DNA of 64,000 bases from Eledone cirrhosa (GCA_964016885.1 OZ024742.1:231136001-231200000), one strand, 5' to 3'. Shown: positions 45,021 to 59,593, counted from the stretch's first letter. Notes: generated by a model from the sequence alone, not told the origin. Numbers and translations are program-made.

Positions 45021-45494
45021 ATGTCTCTCCACCACTCCCCTACACACCCTTTGAACTCTGTTCCCACACACTTCTCACCTGAGGAAGGGCTTATGCCCGA
45101 AACGTCGTCCCCCACCAACACCCCACTCTCCAGAGCGTGAAATTAATAAACATTCGTTGTACTGCCTCTCTGTTTTGTCCCTGTTCAAATTTTTCCATTA
45201 TATATAATACACGCTCACACGGCTTCCATTCCTTGGAACATAACTTAACTACCGGCTCAACCCCGATCTAATCCGCCGTGACCTTTCTCCGAACTTTACA
45301 CACCTTCCCACACTTGGTATGTCTCTCCACCACTCCCCTACACACCTTTTGAACTCTGTTCCCACACACTTCTCACCTGAGGAAGGGCTTATGCCCGAAA
45401 CGTCGTCCCCCACCAACACCCCACTCTCCAGAGCGTGGTATTAATAAACATTCGTTGTACTGCCTCTCTGTTTTGTCCCTGTTCAAATTTTTCC

Positions 45495-45500
<6 letters not shown>
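45021..45500 (+). mobile_element. Partial-tandem element, 298-nt period, with an HHR-like core in each repeat
   Basis: 45021-45205 is nearly identical to 45319-45500; CTGAGGA-agggc(ttat)gccc-GAAA-cg-TC at 45079 and 45377. Confidence 0.8.
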
Positions 45501-45527
<27 letters not shown>

Positions 45528-45831
45528 GCTACGCGCGCGCGTTTGTGTGTGTGCGTCCGTGTGTGTGTGTACATATATAGTCATACAAGCTTATACACAC
45601 GCATAAACTCCCCCCAAACACGCGAACAAAGGAGAAATGACATTGACATACACACCCAGGAAATTCACTGCATCTCCACATATGTAACTTCCTCTCTCTC
45701 CCATATGTTGAAGCATTTATTTATTTTCATTCACAAGCGTGAAACTAACATGACTGTCTTTTTTTTTGGCGTCACTGTTCGTATCGCTATTTATAGACGT
45801 GTGTGTGTGTGTGTGTTTGTGTGTTTATATA

Positions 45832-45879
<48 letters not shown>

Positions 45880-46067
45880 TGTGTGTGTGTGTGGGTGGGT
45901 GTGTGTGTATGTATGTATATATACATGTATGTGTGTGTGTATGCGTGTGTGTGTATATATGTTTATACATATATGTATATGTATATATAAGTTATTAGCA
46001 CAGATTAGAGGTTTAAGCAAACAATTCTGCTTTCACCCTAAGCGGGGTGCTTGTGTATGTGTGTGCG

Positions 46068-46169
<102 letters not shown>

Positions 46170-46331
46170 AGGACCCTGACGGATGAGTTGCGACCGTTTC
46201 GGATCTAGCTGTCGAAACGACCAGAGCTGTCGGGGTCCTGGGTCTTTTCATATTACCCCCTCTACTACCCTAAGTATTGAGTACTCTGGTTCGTTATGGT
46301 CCTCCTCGTATCTTACCACATCCTCTTTGTT
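46170..46331 (+). mobile_element. Family B fold-back element, decayed
   Basis: ctctactaccctaagtattgagtactctggt tail and residual arms. Confidence 0.7.
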
Positions 46332-46575
46332 ATATATATATATATATATACCTTGTTGTAGACCCTGACCACGAATAGACTAGCAGTAATGTCGTTAGGG
46401 GCCAAAACTGTACGTCCAGTTTGACGGGCGATGACCGCGAAGTATTTTCTACCCACTTCCAATATTTTGCAATACTTTCTAATAGGTTTAGAACCCAAGA
46501 CATTGCAGTCTTCTTACTGCAGCAACATCACTGATATAAGAAATACATTGAACTGTTCTTTCTGTTCAACTTCAA

Positions 46576-46637
46576 GCTGCCTGATGAGGTCATAAAACAT
46601 TGAATTATGGTTATCACTGAAATATGTATATTGCAGC
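46576..46637 (+). ncRNA. Type I hammerhead ribozyme, decayed stem II
   Basis: gctgc-CTGATGAG-gtcataa...ttatcact-GAAA-tatgtata-TT-gcagc. Confidence 0.6.
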
Positions 46638-46782
46638 GAATAGGAATAGACGAAGTTAATTTTAACCTGTTGACTTACACTTCTTGTTTTAAACTACTCC
46701 GGGGGAAACAGACTCACCTGCACACTTCGTTGAGTGCTCTAACCTGCATAATGAAGTGTCGGCAAGCAACCCACACAAACTC

Positions 46783-46864
<82 letters not shown>

Positions 46865-46867
46865 TAC

Positions 46868-46941
<74 letters not shown>

Positions 46942-46961
46942 CAAATAGAGGCTGTTTGCAT

Positions 46962-47153
46962 AATTGCGTGGATTGGCAGTATCGGTAGAGGGTCGGACGC
47001 CATGCTTTCCAGCATAGTTACGTCCCTTTACGATCTGAGTTCAAATCCCGCCGAGGTTGACTTTGCCTTTCATCCTTACGGGGTCGATAAAATAAAGTAC
47101 CAGTAATGCACTGGGTAATTGCTGGTCTTGTGCCTTAAGTAGAAACAATTATT
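46962..47153 (+). mobile_element. S1 SINE
   Basis: Near-identical to 1780-1975. Confidence 0.9.
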
Positions 47154-47183
47154 AATATTCGAGAAACTCAGATTTACTTTTCT

Positions 47184-47216
<33 letters not shown>

Positions 47217-47290
47217 AAAAGGTAAACAGAAATAACAACACAATCGGTACAGTATATGGAAGGGATATATTAGGTTAATATATATATATA

Positions 47291-47354
<64 letters not shown>

Positions 47355-47530
47355 ACATAAACAGTGAAAGCCTTAAGCGATACTCTGACCAACTCCATCT
47401 CACTCAACAAACATTAGGATATACCTAAGTATTTTCCCAATTTAGTGTTTGGGGTGCTAACTAATCAGTATTTCGTGGATAGCTGGTTGTATTATTTTAT
47501 GAGACATTATTAAATAAATATCTCTTTCCT

Positions 47531-47654
47531 TCCAGACGGCCGTTTCGTTATAAGATTGCTACAATTTGGGATAAATAATTTCCAGGTTATGTAGAAACTT
47601 GTATATAATCCATAGTTTTATACACAAGCGGGCTCTTATAAACTCATCAGTGGA
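47531..47654 (-). ncRNA. Type I hammerhead ribozyme with a large stem II insertion
   Basis: Reverse complement reads tcca-CTGATGA-gttataaga[~80 nt]tcttataac-GAAA-cggccg-TC-tgga. Confidence 0.85.
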
Positions 47655-48045
47655 TGCCCAAATAATATCGATATAAGAATTATATCGACATTAATAGAAT
47701 GGTGATGGTCTCCCTCAGCGTTAAGAAGAGACTGGTAGATTAGAAAATCCAGCAGTCCTCCCAAAGATAAAATACACGCTGTCCCCAAGAGGGTAAGGGG
47801 AGGTCATCTTAAAATAAAACAATATACACGCTGGTCATTTAAACCTGTTAGGTATTAGCCACGTGTATAAGAACTCATTTGGATATTAAAAGAATAACCA
47901 CATGTATACATAACCAATGCACACATAGAGATATTAAAACATAATAAATACATGTATGGATCACCCATATACACACACAGCTATTCTCTAAGGCTAAATC
48001 AGACATGGGATACAAGGAAGATCAATCAGTATATATATATATATA

Positions 48046-48113
48046 TTGTTATGCTTTGGGAGGGTCATGTTGCCAATAAGAAACACACGCACTAAACAAA
48101 TTCAGAAACGAAA
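48046..48113 (+). mobile_element. Minimal derivative of family A
   Basis: Left end of A joined directly to the last ~20 nt of the A tail; (TA)n flanks. Confidence 0.8.
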
Positions 48114-48151
48114 TATATATATATATATATATATATATTTAATATAGTAAT

Positions 48152-48202
48152 GGCTTCTACAGGACTAGAACTGTTTCATTCGGAGGAAATCATCAGAAAG
48201 CC
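48152..48202 (-). ncRNA. Type I hammerhead ribozyme downstream of the GIY-YIG ORF
   Basis: Reverse complement reads ggcttt-CTGATGA-tttc(ctcc)gaat-GAAA-cag(ttctagtc)ctg-TA-gaagcc. Confidence 0.8.
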
Positions 48203-48670
48203 GACTGTCAATGTAAATTTCTGGTATTTATACATTTTGTCATGGTAAGGGAGGGGTAGTGGTTGGGGGGGGGGTAGAGGTCATGGTGGGATTAAAGGTT
48301 GGAGATTCTTAGAAAAAAGAAAATTTATTTAGAAAAGAAGTTTAGTGGTAAGTTGCAATTGAAATAAACACTTCGTTATTCTATAGTAGAATATTGAACA
48401 AAGGTATATCAAGTAGTTGATCGAACATCTGTGGAAATGGTAGGTTATTACAAGGTCACAAGCACACACGCCAACACACACACGCACACGCGCGCGCGCA
48501 CACACACACACACACGTGCACATAAATACATATATACACACATATACATATATACAGGCACACATACATGTATATATATATGTACATATACATATACACA
48601 CACACATATATATATATACACATACACATATATATATACATATGTGTGTATATGTGTGTATATGTATGTA

Positions 48671-48740
<70 letters not shown>

Positions 48741-49221
48741 CATATATATATATATACATACATATACACACATATACACACATATGTATATATACATACA
48801 CACATACGCATACACATACATACACTTATACATATATATATATACATATATATATACATATATACACACATACACATATATATATATATACATACATATA
48901 CATATACACACACACACAAACACATATATATATATATATACATATACATAAACACACACATACACATATATACATATATACATATATACATATATACACA
49001 TAAACACATATAAAAATACACAAAGGGGAAAATTTAAGGAAACAATCAAGATATGAAAAACCATCAAATAACATAAATTAAAATTAAGTAACATAAAATA
49101 CAAGTAGAGAAAAGTAAAGTTATAAGTTTGAAAGGTAACAAAACGAAGGTAGGGTTGGAATGGGAGGGGCGCGCGGCGGAGTGTGTTTAATGTTTAATGT
49201 TGATTCCGTTGTCCTATGGGA

Positions 49222-49821
49222 TCATCGTTCAGGGGGAAGAACTGGTCTATATGACTTGTAAGTTGCATAGTTTTTGTGCATGCAATTCGGTCGGTATTCT
49301 GAGAGTCTATTGAGTAAGGGTCCTTTGGCAAATAGTATTTCGTAACTCTCGGGAATACAAAGGTCACAACAATTATGGCCTCTTGTGTAAGACCGCGCTC
49401 TCTGGAGTAGTTTCCATTTGAGCGTAAATGGGATGGAGTTCCTTTTTAGGTCCCAGACATGGGCGGCGAGTGTTGTTTGGTTGGACTTGTCCGGGCGTCG
49501 AAAAGAATGGGTGTGTGCGTACCAACGGGTATTAAAGTTGTTGGAGGTCATCCCGATATACGTCTTTCTCTCTTCATCAGGGCCTGAGATGACATCACAT
49601 TTGTATACAATATCCTTTGTAAGGCATTTATCCTTATTGTGGCAGTTGCACAGGACCTCAGTACCGGGATGTGTTTCGGAGGTAGTAGACTTATTTAACT
49701 TAGTAATATTAATATTGGCTAAGTTCCTAGCTAGATTTGGTGTAGTGGAGTAAGAGAGTCTGATTGTATTCTTATTAAAGATAGTGTAGTACCTATGTTG
49801 GGTGGGGAAGTGTTTGTGCAA
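49222..49821 (-). CDS. Penelope-like element C-terminus: GIY-YIG endonuclease (5'-truncated)
   Basis: CNC..CLTKDIVYKC...YIGMT...RWYAH..F.....TTLAAHVW.LK.....LKW.....CDLC..E, the typical Penelope-like GIY-YIG/CCHH pattern; frame open for 199 aa. Confidence 0.9.
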   Translation of the reverse strand: MHKHFPTQHRYYTIFNKNTIRLSYSTTPNLARNLANINITKLNKSTTSETHPGTEVLCNCHNKDKCLTKDIVYKCDVISGPDEERKTYIGMTSNNFNTRWYAHTHSFRRPDKSNQTTLAAHVWDLKRNSIPFTLKWKLLQRARSYTRGHNCCDLCIPESYEILFAKGPLLNRLSEYRPNCMHKNYATYKSYRPVLPPER

Positions 49822-49904
49822 TAGAGTAAAGACATTTTTTTACTTTTACTCTGCTATGTATTGAGTACCTTACTTACTGTGGTTATCCCCGATTTAACCC
49901 GGAA

Positions 49905-49979
<75 letters not shown>

Positions 49980-50574
49980 GACTGGCTTCTGCAGCTTTCG
50001 TCAAGCAATTTCCACTCAGGGCATTTGCCAACCCGAAGTTATCGTAGAAGACACATGCCGAAGATACTACACAACTGAACTTAACCCAGGAACCCAGAAA
50101 CACGTGTTTGTGAAACGAACTCCTTAACAACACAACCATGTCTGCAACTATCATATGATACTGAAATTTAAAATTCTTCATAAATTCATTACATGTTAAA
50201 AATAAAATAAAATTTATTTCGTCGTTGTAAATATAGATAAGTAATATTCTCCCTTCTCCCAATAAAAATATCCTGCAGAATAACTAAATAACTTTGATTT
50301 CCGAACATATGGCCGACCAGTGCTGAAGAACTGAGTGCGAAAGCTACCAGAAATCTGTCAGAATCGGTGTAAGAAATACTTTAAATGTCCACAAATAGAT
50401 CGTAAACATGATGAACGCCTGCAAGTGTGAGGAATATATATATATATATATATATAATTCCGTTTGATATTAACACAATGGAAATACAGAAAATAAAAGA
50501 TGAGAAATGTGTTTACGTTAGAAGTTCGATCAGTCGAGTTTTCTGTACGTATGCGTGTATATATACGCGCGTAG

Positions 50575-50647
<73 letters not shown>

Positions 50648-51655
50648 TGTGTGAGAGAGACAGAGAGAGAGAGAGAGAGAGTCTGTGTGCGTGTGTGTGA
50701 GTGTGTGTGTGCGTATGTGCGTCTGTGTGTGTGTGATCAGATTTCTTATTGTTCATTTCATGCACCATGCATGTGTACATACAGTTATCTTTCGTCCTCA
50801 CTATCTATCTATCTATCATAGCGACATTGTGGGAGAAAAAATGACATTCTTATGATGTAGTATAGGGATCAAATTGTTCAAATTCTCTTCTATGTCATCA
50901 AAGATAAGTTTTACAACCATTTTATTTTTATTATTGGTCTTATTATTTTGATATCATATTGATTTGTTGTTGCGGTGGTAGTAGTGGTGGTGGTTTTGAT
51001 ATAATATTATTATTTATGTTGTTTATATCACCGTTGAAGTCAGTAGTTGTAGTGGTAGCGGTGATAGTGTTAGTTGATATAGGCGTAGAAGGGATTAACC
51101 ACCAATCAGATATGTTAAACTAGTAAACAACTTTAACTTCTAACTAATATATCGAATAAAATGAATGTAAGTTACTGTAAGACTGATTCAAAGAAATCTT
51201 TCAATGGAATCATTAGTTCTTCCTTTACTACAAATATTTCAACATGTCAGCACAAATGACAAACGTTACAGAGAGACTAACTAATGAAACAGGTGTTGTC
51301 AGCAATAGAAACTAACATAGATTACTTTCATTTAATCAACAACTGGTTTTCATTTCGGTTTTCTTCAAAGTATTTTTAAGTTTTTCTTTTTTTTTTTGCT
51401 TTATTAATTTTGTTTGTTGGTTAACACTTTTTTGCGTTTTGGGGGTTGTTTTATTTTATTTCGTTAAAATAGAAACAACAAAGTTCCTTTCCAACATATC
51501 GGTTCGGTGTCTATGAATATATTTATGTTTATTTATAGATTTGTTTCGACATAAACTAAATCTCTTCAATGTTTTGGCTTCCATCTTCTGATTTTTATTT
51601 TATTTGAAGTTAGGTTATAAGTAGAAAGGAAGACAAATACATATACACACACATG

Positions 51656-51759
<104 letters not shown>

Positions 51760-51852
51760 TTTCTTCTATGCATTCTACTGCTGCTGCGGCTAGTGAGTTA
51801 CATAACGGAAGGGGAAGAATGAATGTCAGAATATCTAAGCAATACATATATG

Positions 51853-52018
<166 letters not shown>

Positions 52019-52288
52019 ACTGGAAGGTAATATCCGTAATATATATATATATATATATATAATGGCGGCCATGAAAACCAACCACAAAATTACAAAAATA
52101 AACAAATGTTATGAGATATTCTAAGATTTATTACATTCATACATTCATTTTATTTTATTTTTTATCTTCTTCGATTTATCTTTTCATTGGGTGATATTTA
52201 CACATAACTTAAGATTCCATATACAAATAATCGAATCCTCTACTCAATCGATGCACATCAAATTCCTTTTTATCGCTATTATTATTAC

Positions 52289-52343
<55 letters not shown>

Positions 52344-53466
52344 GTTGTTGTTCTTGTTGTTGTTGTTACTACTACTACTACTACTACTTTTTTTAACTTT
52401 CTGCTCCTCCTTGAATTATATCGATACGGTGTTAATAGAAAGAAAAAAATCCGGTTTTATTTTTTCCATGATTTTTTTTTCTTTTATATATAAACTTTGG
52501 CAGCACAAGAAATTCGCTTCAATTTCCTTGCTTGTTTGGACCTCCGTCGGTTTCGACGGCGAGTGCTCCAACTGTTTGGTCAACGGAAAAACATCCTCGT
52601 GAAATTAATGTGCAATTGCTGGCTGAGCATTCCACGGACAGGTGTACATTTTATCGTGACAAAACTGGCCCTTTGAAATCCATCTTGTATTAAAGTGTAT
52701 GGCCGAAATATTCTACACACACATGTACCCTTACACAGCCCCTGTATAATACAAGGCTGGCTCTTTCAATTACGAGTACAGTCTCATTGTTTTATAGTGT
52801 AAGTGGTTGAGCATTCCTAAGACACGCGTGCTGTAAACCTAGTTCTCAGTGAGATTCAATGCGACACGGTGTGTGACAAGCCCAACCATTTGAAATATAG
52901 TTCCAGCTCAGTTGAACGCAAGAGCAGTATGAAACTAAGTGTCTTGTTCGAAAACGTGTCTTAGAATGAAACTAACGACCTTATGGTCGTAAGATAAAGG
53001 CCCTAACCACTAGATTATGTGACTTCACATGCATACATCCATATATATACATAGGATTTATGAGTTGTTCATGAATAGAGTACTATCTATATATCTTCGA
53101 AATCATTTTGATTATGTAGAGCTGAAGAAACTTTAGCGATAAAAGGTATGAAAATTAGTGATAGAGATACAACCAAACACCCTAACCTATAAGCCACGCA
53201 TCTTCACGTCCCTTCACACATCTTCATGACCGTGGTATCATGTTAAACATTTCTTGGCAACGATTCAGGCATTATCTTCAAACGTATCCGTTTTCATTCT
53301 AGAATGTCCGGCTGAGAAAAATCAATGAATAGTAAGTTGGGTTCTACGGAATACAGGAATATATAAGAATATATTCTTGGCAATAGAAGAATACATACTT
53401 GAGAATATAGAAATATATTGTTTCACTATGATAATCTATTACATTTTCTTATCTCCACACATTATC

Positions 53467-53652
53467 GGTCAATTGGCAGTATTGGTAGAGAGTCGAACAT
53501 GCTTTCCAACATAGTTACGTCCCTTTACGGTCTGAGTTCAAATCCCGCCGAGGTTAACTTTGCCTTTCATCCTTACGGGGTCGATAAAATAAAGTACCAG
53601 TAATATCACTGGGTAATTGCTGGCCTTGTGTCAAAAGTAGAAACAATTATTT
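53467..53652 (+). mobile_element. S1 SINE
   Basis: S1 consensus body. Confidence 0.85.
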
Positions 53653-54407
53653 TACTTACATTATTAACTCTATTTTTCATGCTTTCGGAGTCGATAAAAT
53701 AAGGTATCAGTTTATGGTGGTGGATTTTGCAGAATTATTACAGCGTCGAGTTAGATGCCTTGCGGTATTTGTTCCGGCTCTTTGCGTTTGGATTCAAATC
53801 ACGTTGGACATCAACATGGACCGTGAGTACCTTAAAATGAATCCAGTCTGTTACAAGTATTCTGGTCAGGTCTCCTGTTTGATGATACCTTCCTCTCGCT
53901 CTCTCACTCTCTTCCACAAGCCTCAGAGACCCTAAAAACTAATGAAGCACAAAATATTTTTTAATCTTTCTTTGAGTTTGAAAAAGCTGAACCCGACGCT
54001 ATTCCGGTGTATGCTTAAAAGAATCTAGCAGAATAGTTGTGTTTCTACAAGCTTTAAGACACCCGTGAAAACTACAATTTTTCTCAGGGAGATTCAGCAT
54101 GAGGGTGAGTTACGCGGCTGGCCTTGTCACTCATTACATGTACAACTCATCCTTGCCAGCAGAGTGGATTAGAGCACATGAAATAAAATATCTTGCTCAA
54201 TAGCACAACGCGCCGCCAGGAATCCAGTAATCGCAATTACGATCTGAAGAATGTGATCCGAGCACCTTAATCACTAGGCCAGGTACCTTCATACACATGT
54301 ATGCACATGTATCTTATTCTTGAACCGAATAGAATAATTATATTTTACATATTTAAGTACTCTTTCTTCCATTCGATATTATCTGGGAAAGTGGGTAGAT
54401 AGATAGT

Positions 54408-56331
54408 CACAAGGGCACAAAATACAAATGAGGAGTTTACATACAGGTATATGAAAATAAAAATATTAATAAAATAACAAATAACAATTGAAATCCCCAA
54501 TAGGGGGGGGGGCTTTACACAGGGGTTGTACACACCCTTCCTCACTTCCTCTTTTTCCTCAACCTACAGGCTTATATAGAGAGAAGTCCCAACCACTCGG
54601 GCCATCTTTGTCACATTCACCCACCTTTTATAAAATTTTCTGGGGTACAGCACCTCTCTCTCCATCCTGATTCTTCTTCCAAAATGATATTTGAAAAAAC
54701 GAATCAGTTGTTCGCCGGAGAGAAAGATGTCCGACCTCAGCCCTTTTAATCTCGTCCAACATATAACCTCTTTCACCATAGCCATAACACATAGGAAAAC
54801 CGCCTCTCCTTCGTTTTTGAAGGGGGGTGGCAGTTTGATCGTGACAATGGACTCGGTGGTCAACTGGATTGGTCCCACCCGCGACAAAAGTCGTTCTACA
54901 TAGCCCCACAGGTCGGTAACGCCCGGGCAGTGTATAAATGCGTGCGCGACAGTTTCCTCGTCGCGCACGCATCTCGCACAGATCTTTTCGAAGGGTCCCT
55001 GCCCGGGCGCCCGCGTCTGTAGAGCTTGTCTCAAACTGGTAGAGCTCCTCGGTAGCACTGCCAGGCCAGGGACTTTTGGAAGTTGTCCATCGGTCCCGGG
55101 CAGAAGGTCCTACCGAACAGACTGGCCAGTTCGTCCTCCTCTACGTCTAGAGTTTCTCCGAGCGCATCGTCGCACTTGCTGCGGACCAACCCTCTATAGA
55201 ATGACGAAGTGGAGTCCCTACTGCTCGCCTGATTCGTTTGCCAGAGGACTGTGAGCGCCTGAGCACATTCGATGTGCCAGTCGCCCATTTTCCTCGGTCT
55301 TTGCTTGACCCAGGACTGCAGCTCGGTCAGGAGACGAGTCGTGGGAAGCGTCGCCTCACGAACGGGACCCACACCGGTTGTCCGGTGAGGAATACCTGGA
55401 GGTGCCGCAGCCTGAGCGCGTGTTTGCGCATCGTCAGCCACGGAATCTCCAGCCCTCCGTTTAAAGGGTGTTGGCAGCAGATGGATATTCTCACCAAAGG
55501 AGCCCGTTTCTTCCAAAGGAATTGGAAGAGAGCGCACTCCATTTTGGTGAGCGTTTTGGCTGGACAAGGCACGACGGTCAAGTGGTAGTAGGTGACGGAC
55601 GCTATAAAAGTGTTCTCCACCTCCGCTCGACCTTTCAAGGATAGTTTGCACTCAGCCCACTTCTGGGTGAGCGCAAACACCTTGGCCATCACCTCGTTCC
55701 AGTTCTTCTCCACCTGGAGGTCCGGACCAAACCAGACCCCGAGCAGCTTTACCGATCCTTCCGTCCAGCGTCCGACGACGCCATCAGAAGGCATCGGTTT
55801 ACCTCTCCACGTTCCAAGTTGCAAACCGACGGACTTGTCCCGATTCAGCTTCGCTCCTGTGAACCTTTCGTATTCCTTCAGTAAGGGGCCGACCTCCCCG
55901 ATTTGCGAGGTGCTCGACACCATTACTGTCACGTCGTCGGCGTAGGCCGACGCCGCTTTCCGCAGTCCCGGTTCCAAAGGGATGCCATGCAATATCTCCA
56001 GCTTCCGCAGTAGTGACTCGAGAGTCAGTACGTACAGAAGGGAGGAGAGAGGGCATCCCTGTCGGATGGATCGCGTAATATGGAACGGCTCAGAGAGGTA
56101 GCCGTTCACCTTGACCCTTGAGCAGATGTTGCTGCTGTGCTTTGCAGCAATCTAGCCCCTGAACACGGGTCCGAAGCCTGCCGCCTCGAGCACCGCATCC
56201 AGGTAACGATGGTCAACCCTATCGAAAGCGTTAGACTGATCCAAGTTGATCAGGGCCTCACCGAAGCCGGGTTTACACCCTACCCTCTCTATGATGTATC
56301 ACATGAGGCGGAGGTTGTCGTGTATGGTGGG
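54408..56331 (-). mobile_element. Tx1/L1-clade LINE copy 1 (5'-truncated ORF2: RT plus C-terminal CCHC), frameshifted
   Basis: RSIRQGCPLSSLLYVL, AYADDVTV, KLLGVWF, CARC..ETVAHAFIHC. Confidence 0.92.
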
Positions 56332-56422
<91 letters not shown>

Positions 56423-56448
56423 GTATGTAGGTAGATAGGTAGGTATAT

Positions 56449-59400
56449 CGAAATCTTTCTTTATTTGCCACAGGGGCGTACAAAAATGGGACATTACAAG
56501 ACGTGACGGCGGGGGTTTTACATAAAATCTTTCCATAAAATCTTTAACAATGATGAATAACAATAAACTATATAAAAATAAAACAATCGAAATCCCCATT
56601 AGGGGGGGGGGGAGTTATTGCGGGGTTGTTTTACACCCCGTGGATAGAACAACACTCAACACCAGGAACACGTTTTGTAGGTGTTCCTGTCTTCCCTCTG
56701 TTTATCTTCATCAACCTTCAGGTTTATATACAGAGAAGGCCCATTCGCTCGGGCCATTTTTGCCACATTCACCCACCTTTCAGCGAATTTACTGGGGTGT
56801 AGCACCTCTCTCTCCACTCTCACCTTCCTTCTGAAGTGATACTTAAAGAAGGGGATAAGTTGTTGTCCGGAGAGAAAAGTGTTTGCCCTCAGTCCTTTTA
56901 ACCTCGTCCACCTTATTACCTCTTTCGCCATAGCCACCAGACAGAGGAAAACCGCCTTTCCTTCGTTCTTAAATGAAGGCGGCGGGGTGATCCTCACGAT
57001 GGACTCGGCTGACAACTGGATGCGACCCACACGTGGCAGCAGCTGTTCGACATAATTCCACAGGTCGGTCACCCCTGGGCACTGAACAATTGCGTGCAGA
57101 ACGGTTTCGATGTCCTGCTCGCATCTTGGACAGGTCCTTTTGGCAGTTTGTGCCTGTAGATTTTGTCTTGAACTGGTAGAGCTCCTCAGTAGCACTGCCG
57201 GGCCAGAGACCTCTGGAAGTTATCCATAGGCCCTGGTTAGTTTGTCCTCTCCGATGCTAGAGTTTCCCCGAGAACGTCGTCAAACTTATCCTCCACTAAT
57301 CCCCTATAGCACGTCGAAGTGGAGCCTCCGCTGATTGCCGTTTCCACTTGGTAGAGGGCTGTGAGCGCCTGAAGGCACTCGAGGTGCCAGGCGCCCAGGA
57401 CTGCAGCTCTGTTAGTGAGACGAGTTGTGGAAGAGCTCGTCTCACGAACGACAGCCACACCGGTTCGCCGGTCAGGAATACGTGGAGATGGCGTAGCCTC
57501 AGCGCTTGTTTGCGCATCATCAGCCACGGCATGTCCAGCCCTCCGCTATAAGGGTGTTCACAGTAGATGGATCTCCTCACCAATGGAGACTGTTTCTTCC
57601 AGAGGAACTTGAAGAGTAGGCGTTCCATTTTGGTGAGATGTTCGCGGGGACAAAGCACGACTATCAAGCGGTAGTAGATGACGGACGCTATGTAAGTGTT
57701 TGCCACCTCCGCTCGACCTTTCAAGGAGAGTTTACACTCAGCCCACTTCTGGGTGAGTGCAAAAACCTTCGCCTAACCTCATTCCAGTTCTTGTCCACTT
57801 GGAGGTCTGCACCAAACCAGACCCGAGCAATACTGTTGGAAGGCATGGGTTTGCCTCTCCATGTGCCGAGTTGCAAACCAACAGACTTGTTTGGGTTTAG
57901 TCTTGCTCCTGTCAACGTTTCATATTCCTGTAATGGGTTGCCGATATCCCCCATTTCCGAGGTTTTCGACACCATTACTGTTACGTCGTCGGCATAGGCC
58001 GACGCTGCTTTCCGCAGGCCTGGTTCGATCGAGATGCTCCAATTTCCGCTCGAGAGTCAGTACATACTGACTCCAATGGCTCGAGAGTCAGTACATACAA
58101 AATGGAGGAGAGAGGGAATCCATGACGGATGGAACGCATAATTTGGGATGACTCCGATAAGTAGCCATTCACCTTAACTGCCGAGCAGATGCTGGTGTGC
58201 ATGGCAGCGATCCAGCCTCTGAAGACAGGACCGAAGCCGGCCGCCTTGAGAACCACTTCCGAGTATTGATGGTCGACCCTATCAAATGCCTTAGACTGAT
58301 CTAAATTGGTCAGAGCCCCACCAAAGCCAGGTTTACACCCTACCCTCTCTATGATGTATCGCATGAGGTGGAGGTTGTCGTGTATGGACCTGGTCGGGAT
58401 TGCACACGTTTGCGCTTCCCCTACCAGATTCTCGACGACAAGCGCCAGTCTCGCTGCTAACACCTTGGCCAAAACCTTTAACTCTGTGTTGAGCAGAGTT
58501 ATAGGCCTGAAATTGCTTATCTCATCCCCCTTGTTCTCATCTTTCCTGATCAGCGTTACTACGCCTCTGCTTATAGTATGGGAATCCTCCCGTTCTGCTG
58601 CCAGTTGCAGTAGACCGCTTCGAGGACGCCAGAGAACAAGTCTGGCATGCCTATGTAAAACTCATAGGGTAGACCATCTAAACCGGGTGATTTGCGTTTC
58701 CCACAACGGCCTATGGCATCTTCTATTTCGCCTGCTGTGATCGGCCTTTCGCAGCTCTCTGCATCCGTGCTCGAGAGTCGTGGTAGGCCGTCGAGGTAGT
58801 AACTGAAGTCCATCACCTCGCTCGACGTACCGCTTTGCTCGAACAGTTGTGCAAAGTGCTGCTGGAAGGCCGTGCACATCTGCTTGGATTCAAGTAGAAT
58901 GCGTCCATCTTTGTCTTGCAAAGACCGAATTGTGGATAAATTGCCACTTTTCGCCTCTGCCACTCGGGCCCAGCTAACAGCTTTGGCTCCCAAGTTTCTT
59001 AGAGCACGTGTTCTATTTTTGACAATACAACCTTCTTGTTTTCACGTTGAAGAACTGGTCTAGTGCCGTTCTCGCCGCTAGCATGTCAGCCTTACTGTCA
59101 TTCCTAAGTGCCTCTTCTACTTTAGCTACCAGTTCCTTTTCAGTGTTGTTTTTTCTAAAGCTACTTCCTTGTTAAATGCTATCGATTCTATTCTAATTGC
59201 TCTCTTACGGCTCTCTTACGGCCTTACGCGCCATGAGCGACATGTTTAACTTCCAGTATCCGGGTCCATGACTATGTACTCTATCAAGGTTTACTATGCA
59301 GGTGACTAATTTGGGGTCTGAATAGGCAACCATGTGCATTTGTGGACAGCTTGGTGTTTCCTTATCATTCCGTCTAATTAGAAATCTATCTAAATACGAT

Positions 59401-59520
59401 CTAGAAGACCCAGTGCGGTTGCTCCACATCCACAGTGGTGCACTTGGGAAGTCTAGTCGATATCTATCAGCCAGTTGAAATTGACTGATGAGATTTCTGA
59501 GGCTATTACACCCCTCCTCC
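56449..59520 (-). mobile_element. Tx1/L1-clade LINE copy 2 (partial APE endonuclease, RT, CCHC), frameshifted
   Basis: [61 protein letters not shown]. Confidence 0.93.
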
Positions 59521-59593
59521 CTAGGTAGGTAGGTAGATAGGTAGGTTGGTAGGTAGATGGGTAGATACATAGATAGATAGGAGAGAGAGGGAG

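Noticed and set aside
50318-50352. CTGAAGA...GAAAgcTA motif (also weak motifs at ~14597, ~19660-19712 and ~27835)
   Set aside because: Stems are too poorly paired to call; possibly very old HHRs.
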